Positions 38,333-47,893 of a DNA stretch of 64,000 nt are shown piece by piece. The first letter of the stretch is position 1. The number at the start of each line of letters is the position of its first letter. Source of the DNA: an uncultured Chloroflexia bacterium (GTDB lineage: Bacteria > Chloroflexota > Chloroflexia > Thermomicrobiales > JALYUS01); contig CAWJZC010000014.1 in NCBI GenBank assembly GCA_963847195.1, positions 6,133 through 70,132 of the forward strand. The letters are read 5' to 3'. Under the pieces are notes generated by a model. The model searched no databases and was not told where the DNA came from. It saw only the letters and a program-made list of their open reading frames with translations. A program made the translations under genes and the position numbers.

Positions 38333-38633
38333 ATGAACAAGTCCGTGCATAAGAACGAGTTCATCAAGGCGGTGGCGGAACGCGCGAACGTCACGCAGGC
38401 CGATGCGTCTCGGGTGGTGACCGCCGCGCTGAAGTTGATCGGCCAGACGCTCCAGGAGGGCGACAAGGTCGTCCTGACCGGGTTCGGGACCTTCGAGATG
38501 CGCCAGCGGAGCGCCCGCAAGGGAATCAACCCGCAGACGCGCAAACCGATTACAATACAGCGCATCGGCGACGCCGGGCTTCACCGCGAGCTCGACGTTC
38601 AAAACGCAGGTCAACCAGACCGCCAAGAAATGA
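38333..38633 (+). CDS. hup: HU-family DNA-binding protein (one frame break near 38556)
   Basis: MNKSVHKNEFIKAVAERANVTQADASRVVTAALKLIGQTLQEGDKVVLTGFGTFEMRQRSARKGINPQTRKPITI, then after a shift ASATPGFTASSTFKTQVNQTAKK, with the stop at 38631..38633. GGAGGAGGAG precedes the ATG. Confidence 0.85.
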
Positions 38634-38647
38634 TGGAGGGACCGACG

Positions 38648-38800
38648 ATGCAGGGTGTCTCACGCACGATGTTCCGCAGCCTGATGGGCGTCGCCCTCGC
38701 CGCGCTCGCGACCTGGTTGGCGAACTATCTCACCGAGCGCATCTTCGGCCCGGAAGAGCTGGAAGCGGGTGACGCGCACACGTCCCAGCACGCAGCCTGA
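38648..38800 (+). CDS. Possible small membrane protein (50 aa)
   Basis: MQGVSRTMFRSLMGVALAALATWLANYL.. after GGAGGGA. It is short and no family was recognised. Confidence 0.3.
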   Translation: MQGVSRTMFRSLMGVALAALATWLANYLTERIFGPEELEAGDAHTSQHAA

Positions 38801-38810
38801 CGCACGCGAG

Positions 38811-39707
38811 ATGCGGCTGCTCCTCATCATGAATCCCGCGGCGGGGCGGCGTTCGCCGGATCACGTCGAGGAGGCAGTCCGCGATTCCTTCGCGCGGCGC
38901 GGCATCACCGCGACGATTGATGTCCGCCTTCCCGCGCACGAGCGACGATGCGACGGCCACCGCGCGCGACGCGGCGGGGCGGTACACGATCGTCGCGGCG
39001 GTCGGCGGCGACGGGACGGTGCGCGATGTCGCGGCCGGGCTGGCCGGATCGTCTACACCGCTGGCGATCATCCCCAATGGCACCGCCAATGTCCTCGCCT
39101 CGGACCTCGGCATCCCGATGCGCCCAGCCGACGCGGCGAACTTGCTGCGTGCGGGGGCGTATAGCGCCCCGCTCGATCTTGGCAGCGTGAACGGCAAGCC
39201 CTTCGTGCTCAATGTCGGCGCGGGCTACGCGGCGCGCCTGATCCTCGGCACGCCCCATTCATGGAAGCGGCGGATCGGTTTCTTCGCCTACTTGCCCGCC
39301 GCCGTCCGCGCGACATTCGCCAACGACCGCGCGCGGACGACGATCACCGTGGACGGGATGCAGCTACGAGGGGCGGGTGCAGATGATCTTCGTCGCCAAT
39401 AGCGGCGGCATCGGCGGGCGGGCGATCCAGATCGCCGAGGGCGTGCGCTACGACGACGGCCTCTTCACCGTCGCCGCCTTCGCGCCGCGCTCGCCGCTCG
39501 GCACGCTGATCGCCTTCGTGCAGATCGCCATGCGGCGCTGGTCCCGTATTCCCGGCGCGCGGTACTGGGAGGGGGCGGAAATCACCGTGGCCTGCGATCC
39601 GCCGCTGCCCGATGCAGGTCGATGGCGACGGGATGGGCAAGACGCCGCTTACGATCACAATGCGCCCCGCCGCCCTGCGCGTGATCGTGCCGGAGCCGTC
39701 CGCATGA
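38811..39707 (+). CDS. Diacylglycerol-kinase-family lipid kinase (YegS/BmrU-like), at least 3 frame breaks
   Basis: MRLLLIMNPAAGRR.., TIVAAVGGDGTVRDVAAGL..LAIIPNGTANVLA.., ..MQVDGDGMGKTPLTITMRPAALRVIV. The stop is at 39705..39707. Confidence 0.75.
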
Positions 39708-40376
39708 CGCCGGCGCCGACGATCCCCTGGCTGCGCGACGCGCTCGCCGCGGCGTATGGGCCGCAAACGGCATGGTGGCCCGCCGAGTCCGCCTTCGAGG
39801 TCTGCGTCGGCGCGATCCTCGTGCAGAACACGACCTGGCAGCAGGTCGCCCGCGCCGTCGCCAACCTGAAGGCGGCGGGCGCGCTCGACCCCGCCGTGTT
39901 GTGCTCGCTCCCGACCGAGACCGTCGAGGACCTCGTGCGCCCTTCCGGCACGTTCCGCCAGAAAGCGCGCCGATTGGAGACCTTCTGCGGCCATCTGATG
40001 ACGCGGTGGGACGGCGATCTCGGCAGCGATGCTCGCGCAAGAGGGTGGGACGCTGCGCGCCGAACTGCTCGGCATCTGGGGCATCGGCGAGGAGACGGCG
40101 GACGGCATCGTGCTCTTCGCCGCCCACCAGCCCGCCTTCATCGTCGATGCCTATACGACGCGGATCGTCCGCCGCCTCGGTCTCGTCGCGGAGGATGGGA
40201 CGCGGCACGACGTGCGCGCGCTCTTCATGGCTGCCCTCCCGGCCGATGCCGCCGTGCTGCGCGAGATGCACGCGCTGCTCGTCACCCACGCGAAGGCGCA
40301 TTGCCGCGCCTCGCCGCTCTGTATCGGTTGCCCGCTGGCCCCCCGCTGCGCCTATCGAAAGGACCATGCCGCATGA
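39704..40376 (+). CDS. Endonuclease III-related HhH-GPD protein with a 4Fe-4S cluster loop (one frame break near 40025)
   Basis: FEVCVGAILVQNTTWQQVARAV..LLGIWGIGEETADGIVLFA..DAYTTRIVRRLGL.. and CRASPLCIGCPLAPRC. The ATG overlaps the upstream stop (ATGA). Confidence 0.8.
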
Positions 40377-40388
40377 CTGCCGCAACCG

Positions 40389-41222
40389 ATGACGACATTT
40401 CGCGACCGACTGGATGGCGCGGTGGCCAAGAATCAGTCGCTCCTCTGCGTCGGCCTCGATCCCGAAGTTGGCGAAACTGCCCGACGCCCTCCGCTCGCGC
40501 CACGCCGAGCAAGCGCTGACGACCTTTCTCCACGGCATCATCGCCGCGACGGCGGACCTCGTCTGCTGCTACAAGCCGAACCTCGCCTTCTACCTCGCGC
40601 ACGGCGCGGCGGGCTGGAATGTGCTGCTCGGCCTGCGCGACGTGATCCCGGCGCATATCCCGCATGCTGCTCGACGCGAAGTTCGGCGATATCGGCTCGA
40701 CGGCCGAGATGTACGCGCGCAGCCGCCTACGATGTCGTCAATGCGGACGCCTTGACCGTCAGCCCGTATGTCGGCGGCGACGCACTCGCGCCCTTCTTCG
40801 CGCGGCCGGATCGCACCGCGTTCGTCCTCTGCAAGACCTCCAATCCCGGCAGCGGCGACTTGCAGGATGTTGCGGTCGAGGGTGGCGAGACGGTCTTCCT
40901 GCGCATGGCGGCGCGCATCCGGGAGTGGGGTGCGATGTACGGCAATGTCGGCGCGGTCGTCGGCGCGACCTATCCGGCGCAGATGGCGGCGATCCGCGCC
41001 GCGCTGCCCGATGCGCCGCTGCTCGTGCCGGGCATCGGCGCGCAGGGCGGCGATCTCGCAGGCTCCGTACAGGCCGGGATGGATGCGCGCGGCGCGGGCA
41101 TGCTGATCAGCGCGAGCCGGAGCGTGCTCTATGCATCGGCGGGCGAGGATTACGCCGACGCGGCGCGCGCCGAGGCGCTACGGCTGCGCGATGCGATCAA
41201 CGCGGCGCGGCAGGGTGGCTGA
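40389..41222 (+). CDS. pyrF: Orotidine-5'-phosphate decarboxylase (long, type 2 form), at least 4 frame breaks
   Basis: SLLCVGLDP.., CCYKPNLAFY.., MLLDAKFGDIGSTAEMYA.., ADALTVSPYVGGDAL..FVLCKTSNPGSGDLQD..LLVPGIGAQGGDL. The pieces lie in all three plus frames. Confidence 0.85.
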   Translation: MTTFRDRLDGAVAKNQSLLCVGLDPEVGETARRPPLAPRRASADDLSPRHHRRDGGPRLLLQAEPRLLPRARRGGLECAARPARRDPGAYPACCSTRSSAISARRPRCTRAAAYDVVNADALTVSPYVGGDALAPFFARPDRTAFVLCKTSNPGSGDLQDVAVEGGETVFLRMAARIREWGAMYGNVGAVVGATYPAQMAAIRAALPDAPLLVPGIGAQGGDLAGSVQAGMDARGAGMLISASRSVLYASAGEDYADAARAEALRLRDAINAARQGG

Positions 41223-41223
41223 G

Positions 41224-41680
41224 ATGCGGGGCGTGACCTTTGCGCCGTACACGGAGCGCGACCACGACGCGGTCGTGCGTCTCCTCAATCTGATCACCGA
41301 GAGCGTCGGGCGAGATGTGCTTGCCGTCGCGCTGGAGAAGCCATCCCGGAGCGTTCGTGTCGCGCGCGTTGGCGATCGTGTCGTCGGCGTCCTCATCCTC
41401 GCGCTGATCGAGTGGAGCGGCGACGCGCACCTCCGCTTCCTCGCCGTGGACGAGGAATATCGCAGCCAGGGCATCGGCGCGGCGCTCGTCGATTGGGCGA
41501 AGGAGACCGCGACGGCCGCCGGGATGCGCCGCCTCTACGTCGATACCTCGCACGACAATGTGCGGGCGATGGCCTTCTATATCCGCCAGGGATTCATCCC
41601 GGAGGTCTGCCGCTTCGATTTCTACAAGCCCGGCCTCCATCAGGTGAACTTCTGGCTGGACTTGCCGTATCAAGGGCGGC
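41224..41680 (+). CDS. GNAT acetyltransferase domain 1 of a tandem pair (3' boundary approximate)
   Basis: FAPYTERDHDAVVRLLN..HLRFLAVDEEYRSQGIGAALVDWAKE..NVRAMAFYIRQGFIPEVCRFDFYKPGLHQVNFWLDL. Confidence 0.7.
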
Positions 41681-41689
41681 GATCGTGCC

Positions 41690-42169
41690 GGGTCCGGTGG
41701 TGGCGGTGCCACGGCGCGTCCATCGGCGACCGGGATCGTCGTCGATGCCTTCCGCGAGGCCGACCGGGCCGTCGTCGCCTCGCTGATCGACGCGATCACC
41801 TGGCAAGACGAGGGCATGGGCGTGCTCGACAACGCCCTCCTCAACCACTGGGAAATCTTCGTCGCGCGCGAGGGCGATGCGCCGGTCGGGACGCTCCTGC
41901 TACATATCACGCCGTGGAACGCGACGGCGCACATCGGCATGTTGTCCGTGCTGCCCGAGTACCAGAGCCGTGGTGTCGGCGCGGCGCTGATGGCGGCGGC
42001 AAAATCGCTCGCACAGGAGCAATCGTTGCGGCGGCTGACCGTCGGCACCGGCCACGCCAACTGGCGGGCGCAACTCTTCTATCTCCGCAACGGCTTCGTC
42101 CCCGAGGTCTGCCGCCACGATTTCGGCGGCCCCGGAGTCCACGAAGTGCATCTCTGGCAGGATCTCTAG
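41690..42169 (+). CDS. GNAT acetyltransferase domain 2 (in another frame; possibly fused to domain 1)
   Basis: IVVDAFREADRAVVASLID..HIGMLSVLPEYQSRGVGAALMAAAKS..NWRAQLFYLRNGFVPEVCRHDFGGPGVHEVHLWQDL. It is paralogous to domain 1. Confidence 0.65.
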   Translation, partial: GSGGGGATARPSATGIVVDAFREADRAVVASLIDAITWQDEGMGVLDNALLNHWEIFVAREGDAPVGTLLLHITPWNATAHIGMLSVLPEYQSRGVGAALMAAAKSLAQEQSLRRLTVGTGHANWRAQLFYLRNGFVPEVCRHDFGGPGVHEVHLWQDL

Positions 42170-43258
42170 CCGCCGAATGAGCGCCATCTGCTTGCGTCTC
42201 GGCATCGTTCCTGGGTTATGCCAATCGCTGCTTCAACATGGGCGCGATCCGGGCCGACGAGGAAGAGATGTTCGTGATTGCGCAGGTGTGAGATTTTGCC
42301 GACCTTCTCGCCGCTCGGGTTGAAGATGCCGATCTGCGCGCCGACGTAGCGCTTGAAATCGAGCGCGACGGAGGCGACATAGCCCCGCTGGCCGAGCATC
42401 GCGCTGATCTCCTCGCGCGTGAAATAGCCCTCGGAGTTGAAGGAGACAAGCAGGTACGGCGCGCGGATTGCGCCCAGTAGGTCCGCGAATACCGCGCCCG
42501 CCTGCTTCTTCGAGTTGTAGGCGCTCTTCTGCGTGCGGCAGTCTTCGCGCTTCATGGCGATGCCATAGGTTGGCGGCGCGTCGTTGCGGACGAAGGTTTC
42601 CCAGATGTGATAGTTGCTGAAGTACGAGTGCTGATTGTAGGGCGGGTCCATATAGACCAGATCAATATCCTTGTCCAGTTGCCGCACGAGCGCGTTCGCG
42701 TCCATGCGGGTGACCGCGCCGGTGCCGGGAAGGAGATCAGGCAGCCGCAGTTCGAGCGGGTTGAAGGAGCGGGCTGACCATCCTTTCAGATACGCCATTT
42801 GCAGCCCGACGGTCGAATCGACCCGATCCGCCGCCTCGATGAGCGAGGTGAGCAGGATCGCACGCTCCGTCTCGTTCGCCGCCAGCGCATCGATGCCCGC
42901 GCGGATGGCGTCCATTTTCATGCCGTTGAAGGGTTGGAAGTAGCGCGATTCCTCGCAGAACGTGTGGGTGATATAGCCATGCGACGGGCGGCAAGGCCAT
43001 GAGTTCGGTCGATCACTCGCCGCAATCGCCCCGTGTCGATCGTCGGCTGCGTCTGTCGCGATATAGGTCGTGCCGAAGACTTCGCTGTAGGTCGCGAGGT
43101 CGTTGCTATGTACCCAGAGGCCGGACCGCTTCAGCGCCTGCCCGATCCGTGTCGTGCCCGCGAAGAGGTCGCAGACCCGCCGCACATCGGGCAGATCTGC
43201 GGACGATCGCGCTGATGTGCGGCACGAGCGTCCGCTTCGAGCCGATGTACTTAATCAT
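42166..43258 (-). CDS. Dam-like (D12 class) N6-adenine DNA methyltransferase, orphan, at least 2 frame breaks
   Basis: MIKYIGSKRTLVPHI.. (ATG at 43258), motif I VCDLFAGTTRIG, motif IV LVYMDPPYNQHSYFSNYH. No restriction endonuclease-like ORF is adjacent. Confidence 0.8.
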
Positions 43259-43373
43259 GGCGGGCAAAATACCTCACCCCTTGCCCCTCTCCATCACCGA
43301 TAAGCCGGGATACGGAAAGATCGCGGCGGCGATGGGGCGGAGAAATACGGAAGGCCGTTGCTTCCTTCTCGCT

Positions 43374-43422
43374 CCCCCTCTCCTTTGCTCTCAAGCAAAG
43401 GAGAGGGGGCCGGGGGGTGAGG
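43374..43422. repeat. GC-rich REP-like hairpin with G-rich tail (copy C3)
   Basis: CCCCCTCTCCTTTGCT-CTCA-AGCAAAGGAGAGGGGG followed by CCGGGGGGTGAGG. Confidence 0.75.
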
Positions 43423-43507
43423 CTTCCCCTTCCGCCCGCGTGCTGCTACACTGGCGGGTACCGGGGGCGCGTCGCGTTCCATGATGATGGCGGCAGGAGG
43501 AGCGAAT

Positions 43508-43741
43508 ATGTCCGAATACATCGTGCGGCTCTACTTTAAGGGTGGCATGACGATGGATGTCCCGATCACACTGGCGGAGGACGAGGAACCGGATCTGACC
43601 TGGTTTCTCGGCGAGTCGAGCGACCCGGAGGAGCGGACAGCCGTCCTCACCGAGGGGCAGTATGCCTGGAAATCCGCCGATGTGCTCGCCGCCGAATGGT
43701 ACGAGAACACCATGACCACCGAGGATGAGACCGACGCATAA
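43508..43741 (+). CDS. Small acidic hypothetical protein (77 aa)
   Basis: MSEYIVRLYFKGGMTMDVPITLAEDEEPDLTWFLGESSDPEE.. with AGGAGG 8 nt upstream. No family recognised. Confidence 0.5.
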   Translation: MSEYIVRLYFKGGMTMDVPITLAEDEEPDLTWFLGESSDPEERTAVLTEGQYAWKSADVLAAEWYENTMTTEDETDA

Positions 43742-43826
43742 CGAGTGATGATCGCGCCGGAAAGCGACGACGGCGGCTCTCGTGGCCGCCGTCGTTTGCA
43801 TGGAAGTCCGGTCGCCGGTCACCGGT

Positions 43827-44093
43827 CTAGTCGTCTCCCGTGCTCGCTTCCAAGACCTGATCGGTCGGCGGCGCGACGCTCTCGGTCGTCAGGCGGGCAA
43901 GCCGCGTCCAGGCGAGTTGCCGCCGCGCTTCCATCAGCGCGTCATATTCGTCGACCGGCAGGATCGCAACTTGCGGCCTCCCGTGTGCGGCGACGATCAC
44001 CGCGCTCTTGCCGTTGCGTACCTGATCGATCACTGCGCCAATGTTGCGCTGGAACTCCGTTGACGAAATTGTCTTCGTCTTGGCCTCGGCCAT
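43827..44093 (-). CDS. Phd/YefM-family type II antitoxin (no toxin gene recognised)
   Basis: MAEAKTKTISSTEFQRNIGAVIDQVRNGKSAVIVAAHGRPQVAILPVDEYDALMEA. GGGAGGG precedes the ATG. Confidence 0.8.
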   Translation of the reverse strand: MAEAKTKTISSTEFQRNIGAVIDQVRNGKSAVIVAAHGRPQVAILPVDEYDALMEARRQLAWTRLARLTTESVAPPTDQVLEASTGDD

Positions 44094-44176
44094 GCTGCCC
44101 TCCCACGCTGACGGCATTGCGACACCGGCACATCGCTCGCCGTTGGCCCGTACGCACAACCTGTACGTACACCCGT

Positions 44177-44205
44177 AGTGTACGGTATATCCGGGGAACG
44201 CGCAA
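44177..44205 (-). promoter_or_regulatory. Promoter candidate TTGCGC-N17-TACACT for the antitoxin gene, with palindromes downstream
   Basis: Minus-strand TTGCGC (44205..44200), a 17-nt spacer, then TACACT (44182..44177). GTACGTAC and CCGTAC..GTACGG palindromes at about 44140..44185 could be operators. Confidence 0.3.
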
Positions 44206-44428
44206 GAGGGGCAGGGTTTGCATATCTTGTAGTAGGCGGAGAAAGCGTGAGCGGCGGGCGCTTCCGCCCGCCGCTCTCCGGTTCTGTGGGGGATGCCCCG
44301 GTCCTGCACGCGATGCCGACGAAGCCTCTTTCAGGCGATCCTCCGCGTCCGTCTCGCCGAGCGCTCTGTCTCCCTTAGTGACTGTAATGAATACGCCCGA
44401 AGCATGACCGAGACATCCGTAATCCTAC

Positions 44429-45434
44429 CTATTCGGATGACAGCGTTGTCAGGATTGCCCGCCGGACATCCTCGGCGTGCGGGAGGGCATATTTGCGCAG
44501 CGGCCCGCTCGGGATCGGCACGGGCGCGGCCCCGACGCGGGCAATAGGGCTGCCCGCAGATCGCGCATCGCCCGCTCCGCCACGACGGCGACGATCTCCG
44601 CGCCGATGCCGCCCGCCACCCACGCCTCATGGGCGGTGACGAGGCGACCGGTCTTTCGCACCGATGCGTCACCATCTCCGCGTCCCACGGCGCGAGGGAG
44701 CGGAGGTCGATCACCTCGGTCTCGATGCCTTCCGCGGCGAGGGTGTCCGCCGCCTGTAGCGTGACCGGGACCATCGAGCCGACCGCGACGACCGTGACCT
44801 CGGTGCCTGACCGCGCCAGTCGCGCGGGGCCGATGGGCACGACATCAGTCGCCGGTCGGCACCTCGGCGCGGCGACTGTGGGAGAGCGACATCCCCTCGA
44901 AGAAGAGCACCGGGTTATCGTCGCGAATCGCGGCGGTCATCATGCCCTTCGCGTCGGCGGGCGTCGCGGGCATCACCACTTTCAGGCCCGGCACATGGGC
45001 GAACCAGGCGGAGTAGTCCTGCGGGTGGCCGCCGTACGGGCCGTCCCCGACGCGCGTGCGAATAACTACCGGCGCGCGTCGCGGCGCCGCCCGTCATGTA
45101 ATGGAGGTTCGGCGCTTGGTTGATCAGTTGGTTCATCGCGGCGGGCAGGAACTCGCCGAAACTGATTTCGACGATCGGCCGCCGGCCGAAGAGCGCCGCG
45201 CCGAGCGCGACGCCGACCATCGCGGACTCAGAAATCGGCGCGTCGCGGACGCGGCGGTCGCCGAACTCGTCATACAATCCCTTCGTCCCCTGCATCGCGC
45301 CGCCCATCCGACCGACATCCTGCCCGATGTAGCAGATTCGCTCGTCGCGGCGCATCTCGGCCGCGATGGCCTCGATGACCGCTTCCATGTGCGTGAGGCG
45401 GTGCGTCCCGACCTCGGGCGTCGCTGTGGCTCAT
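44429..45434 (-). CDS. TPP-dependent 2-oxoacid dehydrogenase E1 component, beta subunit (at least 4 frame breaks)
   Basis: MEAVIEAIAAEMRRDERICYIGQDVG..YDEFGDRRVRDAPISESAMVGVALGAAL.., VTVVAVGSMVPVTLQAADTLAAEGIETEVIDLRSLAPWD.., KTGRLVTAHEAWVAGGIGAEI. The ATG overlaps the alpha-subunit stop (ATGA). Confidence 0.8.
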
Positions 45435-46357
45435 GCGTAGACCTCGTCCGTGCCGAGATCGGCGGGCGTCACATCGCGCGATGCCTTCGCGCGTTCCATC
45501 GCTTCCTCCACGGCCGTTTCGGCGTTGGTGCGCGCCTCGATCAGATCGGTGTGTGTCGCCTCGCCCCGATCGAGCAGGCGCGTCGCGAGCACGTCGAGCG
45601 GGTCCTCGCCCGCGTCGCGGTCGGCGTCGGTGCGATAGGAGGCATTATCGCCCGCCCAGTGGCCGTTGCGGCGGATCGTCCGCGCTTCAATGACTGTCGG
45701 GCCCTCGCCGGCGCGGGCGCGGACGGACGCTTCGACAACGGCGGAACGGACCGCATCGATGTCCTGACCATCGACCGCGACGCCGGGGATGCCGTATCCG
45801 GCGGCACGGGCGACGACGGGCGCGGGGAGGTAGCCATGATGTCGCTGCGAGATCGCCCAGCCATTGTTCTGGCAGAGATAGACGATCGGCAATCTCCACG
45901 CGGCGGCGAGATTGATGTTCTCGTGGAAGTCGCCCCGGTTTGCCGTACCGTCCCCGAATGAGCAGACGCAGACCCCCGGCGACCCGCCCTCCTGCAACGC
46001 GAGCGCCGCGCCGGTGGCGATGCCGAGCGAGGTGCCGAGATCGCCCGCCACCCACGGCACGATGCCCATCGCGATCGGCCCCGTGAACGGCACCGCACGT
46101 CCCCGGCTGTATCCCGCCGGCTTGCCGAGCACCTGCGCGATCAGCCGCCAGAGTTCCGCGCCGCGCAGTGCGTAAACGATGAACGGGTCGCGATAATGCG
46201 GTGCGACGATATCCGCCGGGCCGCAGTCATAGAAACCGCCGAGGATCGTTGCTTCCTCGCCCTCGCAGGGGAACCAGCGCGGGTTTGCGGCGCAGAGCGC
46301 GTGATCGAGCACGCGACAGAGCGCCATCCACCGATAGACTGTCAAATCACTCTGCAT
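45431..46357 (-). CDS. TPP-dependent 2-oxoacid dehydrogenase E1 component, alpha subunit
   Basis: MQSDLTVYRWMALCRVLD..HYRDPFIVYALRG..VCSFGDGTANRGDFHENINLAAAWRLPIVYLCQNNGWAIS. The frame is intact. Confidence 0.88.
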   Translation of the reverse strand: MQSDLTVYRWMALCRVLDHALCAANPRWFPCEGEEATILGGFYDCGPADIVAPHYRDPFIVYALRGAELWRLIAQVLGKPAGYSRGRAVPFTGPIAMGIVPWVAGDLGTSLGIATGAALALQEGGSPGVCVCSFGDGTANRGDFHENINLAAAWRLPIVYLCQNNGWAISQRHHGYLPAPVVARAAGYGIPGVAVDGQDIDAVRSAVVEASVRARAGEGPTVIEARTIRRNGHWAGDNASYRTDADRDAGEDPLDVLATRLLDRGEATHTDLIEARTNAETAVEEAMERAKASRDVTPADLGTDEVYA

Positions 46358-46385
46358 CCAGTTCCTACCCGAACGTCCGTGCGTG

Positions 46386-46679
46386 CTAAAGGGCGGATAG
46401 CGTCTCGGTCCGCACGTCGCTGACATAATACTCCGCGCCGTTCTGCTCGACGAAGCGGATGATGCCGGCGAGCATTTCATCGGCATGGCGGGCGGAGGTG
46501 CTGGCGCAGGTGACGCCGATCACGGCGATGCCCCAGGTGTCCTGCGCCTCGACCTCGGCGGCGGAGACGTTGAAGCGATTCTGCACGCGGGCGAGCAGCG
46601 ATTTCAGCACGCCGCGCTTCTCCTTCAACGACTGCGCGGCGGGCAACTCCAGCGTGATTCGCGCGACGCCGACGATCAC
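46386..46679 (-). CDS. DUF503 (YlxP-like) protein
   Basis: MIVGVARITLELPAAQSLKEKRGVLKSLLARVQNRFNVSAAEVEAQDTW. GTG start directly after the upstream TAA. Confidence 0.85.
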   Translation of the reverse strand: MIVGVARITLELPAAQSLKEKRGVLKSLLARVQNRFNVSAAEVEAQDTWGIAVIGVTCASTSARHADEMLAGIIRFVEQNGAEYYVSDVRTETLSAL

Positions 46680-47789
46680 TTACTGCATCACCAGCAGGTC
46701 GCGCGGCGCGTCGTTCAGTTTCTCGCCGCCCGTCTCGGTGCAGACGACGCTGTCCTCGATGCGGACGCCGAACTTGCCCGGCATGTAGATGCCCGGCTCG
46801 TCGGAGAAGACCATGCCGACGCGGAGGGGCAACGTGTTCCCCTCAACCATGTACGGCTCCTCATGCACATCGAGGCCGAGGCCGTGGCCGACGCGGTGGA
46901 TGAAGTATTCGCCATAGCCCGCATCCGTAATGACCGCGCGCGCCGCGCGGTCGATCTCCTGGCAGGCGACGCCGGGCCGCACCGCCGCGAAGGCGGCCTC
47001 GTTCGCGCGGAGGACCGTGTCGTAGACCCTCCGATATTCGTCCGACGGCTCGCCGATGTGGACGGTGCGCGTGATGTCGGAAACGTAGTGCTGATAGCGC
47101 CCGCCGAAGTCGAAGACGATGGCGTCGCCCTCCTGGATGACGCGATCCGCCGTGCCGTAGTGCGGGCTGGCGCTGTTCGGCCCGGAGGCGCAGATGCAGA
47201 AGGCGACGGACTCCATGCCGTGCGCGCGCATCAGGTCCATGAGCCGCTCTCCTGCCTGCCGCTCGGTGAGGCCGGTAATTTTCGTCTGGGTGAATGCGAT
47301 CCATGCTTCGTCGGTGCGGTGCGACGCCTCGCGGATAAGATCGACCTCGGCGGTGTCCTTGCACATGCGCAACTCGCGCATGATGTCCCCGGCGATCTCC
47401 CATTTCACTTCCGGCAGGTGGCGCTGCATTTTGATGAGGAAGGATGCCCAGAGTTCATTGTTCGAGGCGACGGCGCGTGCCCCGGTCTCCCAGATAATGT
47501 CCGCCGCGATGTTTGCCGGGTCCGCCGTCTCTTCCCAGGCGACGGGTGCGAACGGCACTCCGGCGGCCCCGAGGCGCGGCGCCTCCAACTGCGGCACGAC
47601 GATCTTCGGCTCGCCCTCTTTCGGCACGATCATCAGCGTCAGCCGCTCGCTGGTATGGCCTGGATAGCCCGCGAGGTAGAGGAGGTCCGACCCGACGCCG
47701 ATCGCCAGCGCATCGACACCCTGCCGCGCCATCTCCGTCTGCGCCCTCCGCACCCGGTCGTGATAATCCGCTCGCTGCCCGCCTGCCAT
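46680..47789 (-). CDS. M24-family Xaa-Pro aminopeptidase/dipeptidase
   Basis: IVFDFGGRYQHYVSDITRTVHIG..FIHRVGHGLGLDVHEEP..VFSDEPGIYMPGKFGVRIED. Confidence 0.9.
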   Translation of the reverse strand: MAGGQRADYHDRVRRAQTEMARQGVDALAIGVGSDLLYLAGYPGHTSERLTLMIVPKEGEPKIVVPQLEAPRLGAAGVPFAPVAWEETADPANIAADIIWETGARAVASNNELWASFLIKMQRHLPEVKWEIAGDIMRELRMCKDTAEVDLIREASHRTDEAWIAFTQTKITGLTERQAGERLMDLMRAHGMESVAFCICASGPNSASPHYGTADRVIQEGDAIVFDFGGRYQHYVSDITRTVHIGEPSDEYRRVYDTVLRANEAAFAAVRPGVACQEIDRAARAVITDAGYGEYFIHRVGHGLGLDVHEEPYMVEGNTLPLRVGMVFSDEPGIYMPGKFGVRIEDSVVCTETGGEKLNDAPRDLLVMQ

Positions 47790-47802
47790 AGGGGGCTCCT
47801 TT

Positions 47803-47886
47803 CAGTAATAAGTAACGAGTAGCGAGTAACGAGCGAGGACGGCGTTCCGGCCACGCGTTACTCGCTACTCATTACTCGTTACTTCG
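47803..47886. repeat. Heptad-stutter hairpin (AGTAACG/AGTAGCG units)
   Basis: CAGTAATAAGTAACGAGTAGCGAGTAACGAGCG (47803..47835) pairs with CGCGTTACTCGCTACTCATTACTCGTTACTTCG (47854..47886). Confidence 0.75.
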
Positions 47887-47893
47887 GGCGGTG

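Noticed and set aside
40389-41222. Calling pyrF (and coaBC, HU, FtsH-like, E1 beta) true pseudogenes
   Set aside because: These are essential or near-essential genes with fully recognisable motifs in every fragment. The clustering of breaks points to consensus errors, so they are reported as CDS with frame breaks.
42166-43258. A complete restriction-modification system around the Dam-like methyltransferase
   Set aside because: No endonuclease-like ORF is found on either side. The neighbours are GNAT genes, a REP element and small unrelated ORFs.
43391-43822. A 143-aa minus-strand ORF starting 5 nt after the Phd/YefM stop, as a candidate toxin
   Set aside because: Its translation is Arg/His/Gly-rich with no PIN, Doc, YoeB or ParE motifs. 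It overlaps a plus-strand ORF (43508..43741) that has a strong AGGAGG SD and protein-like composition.
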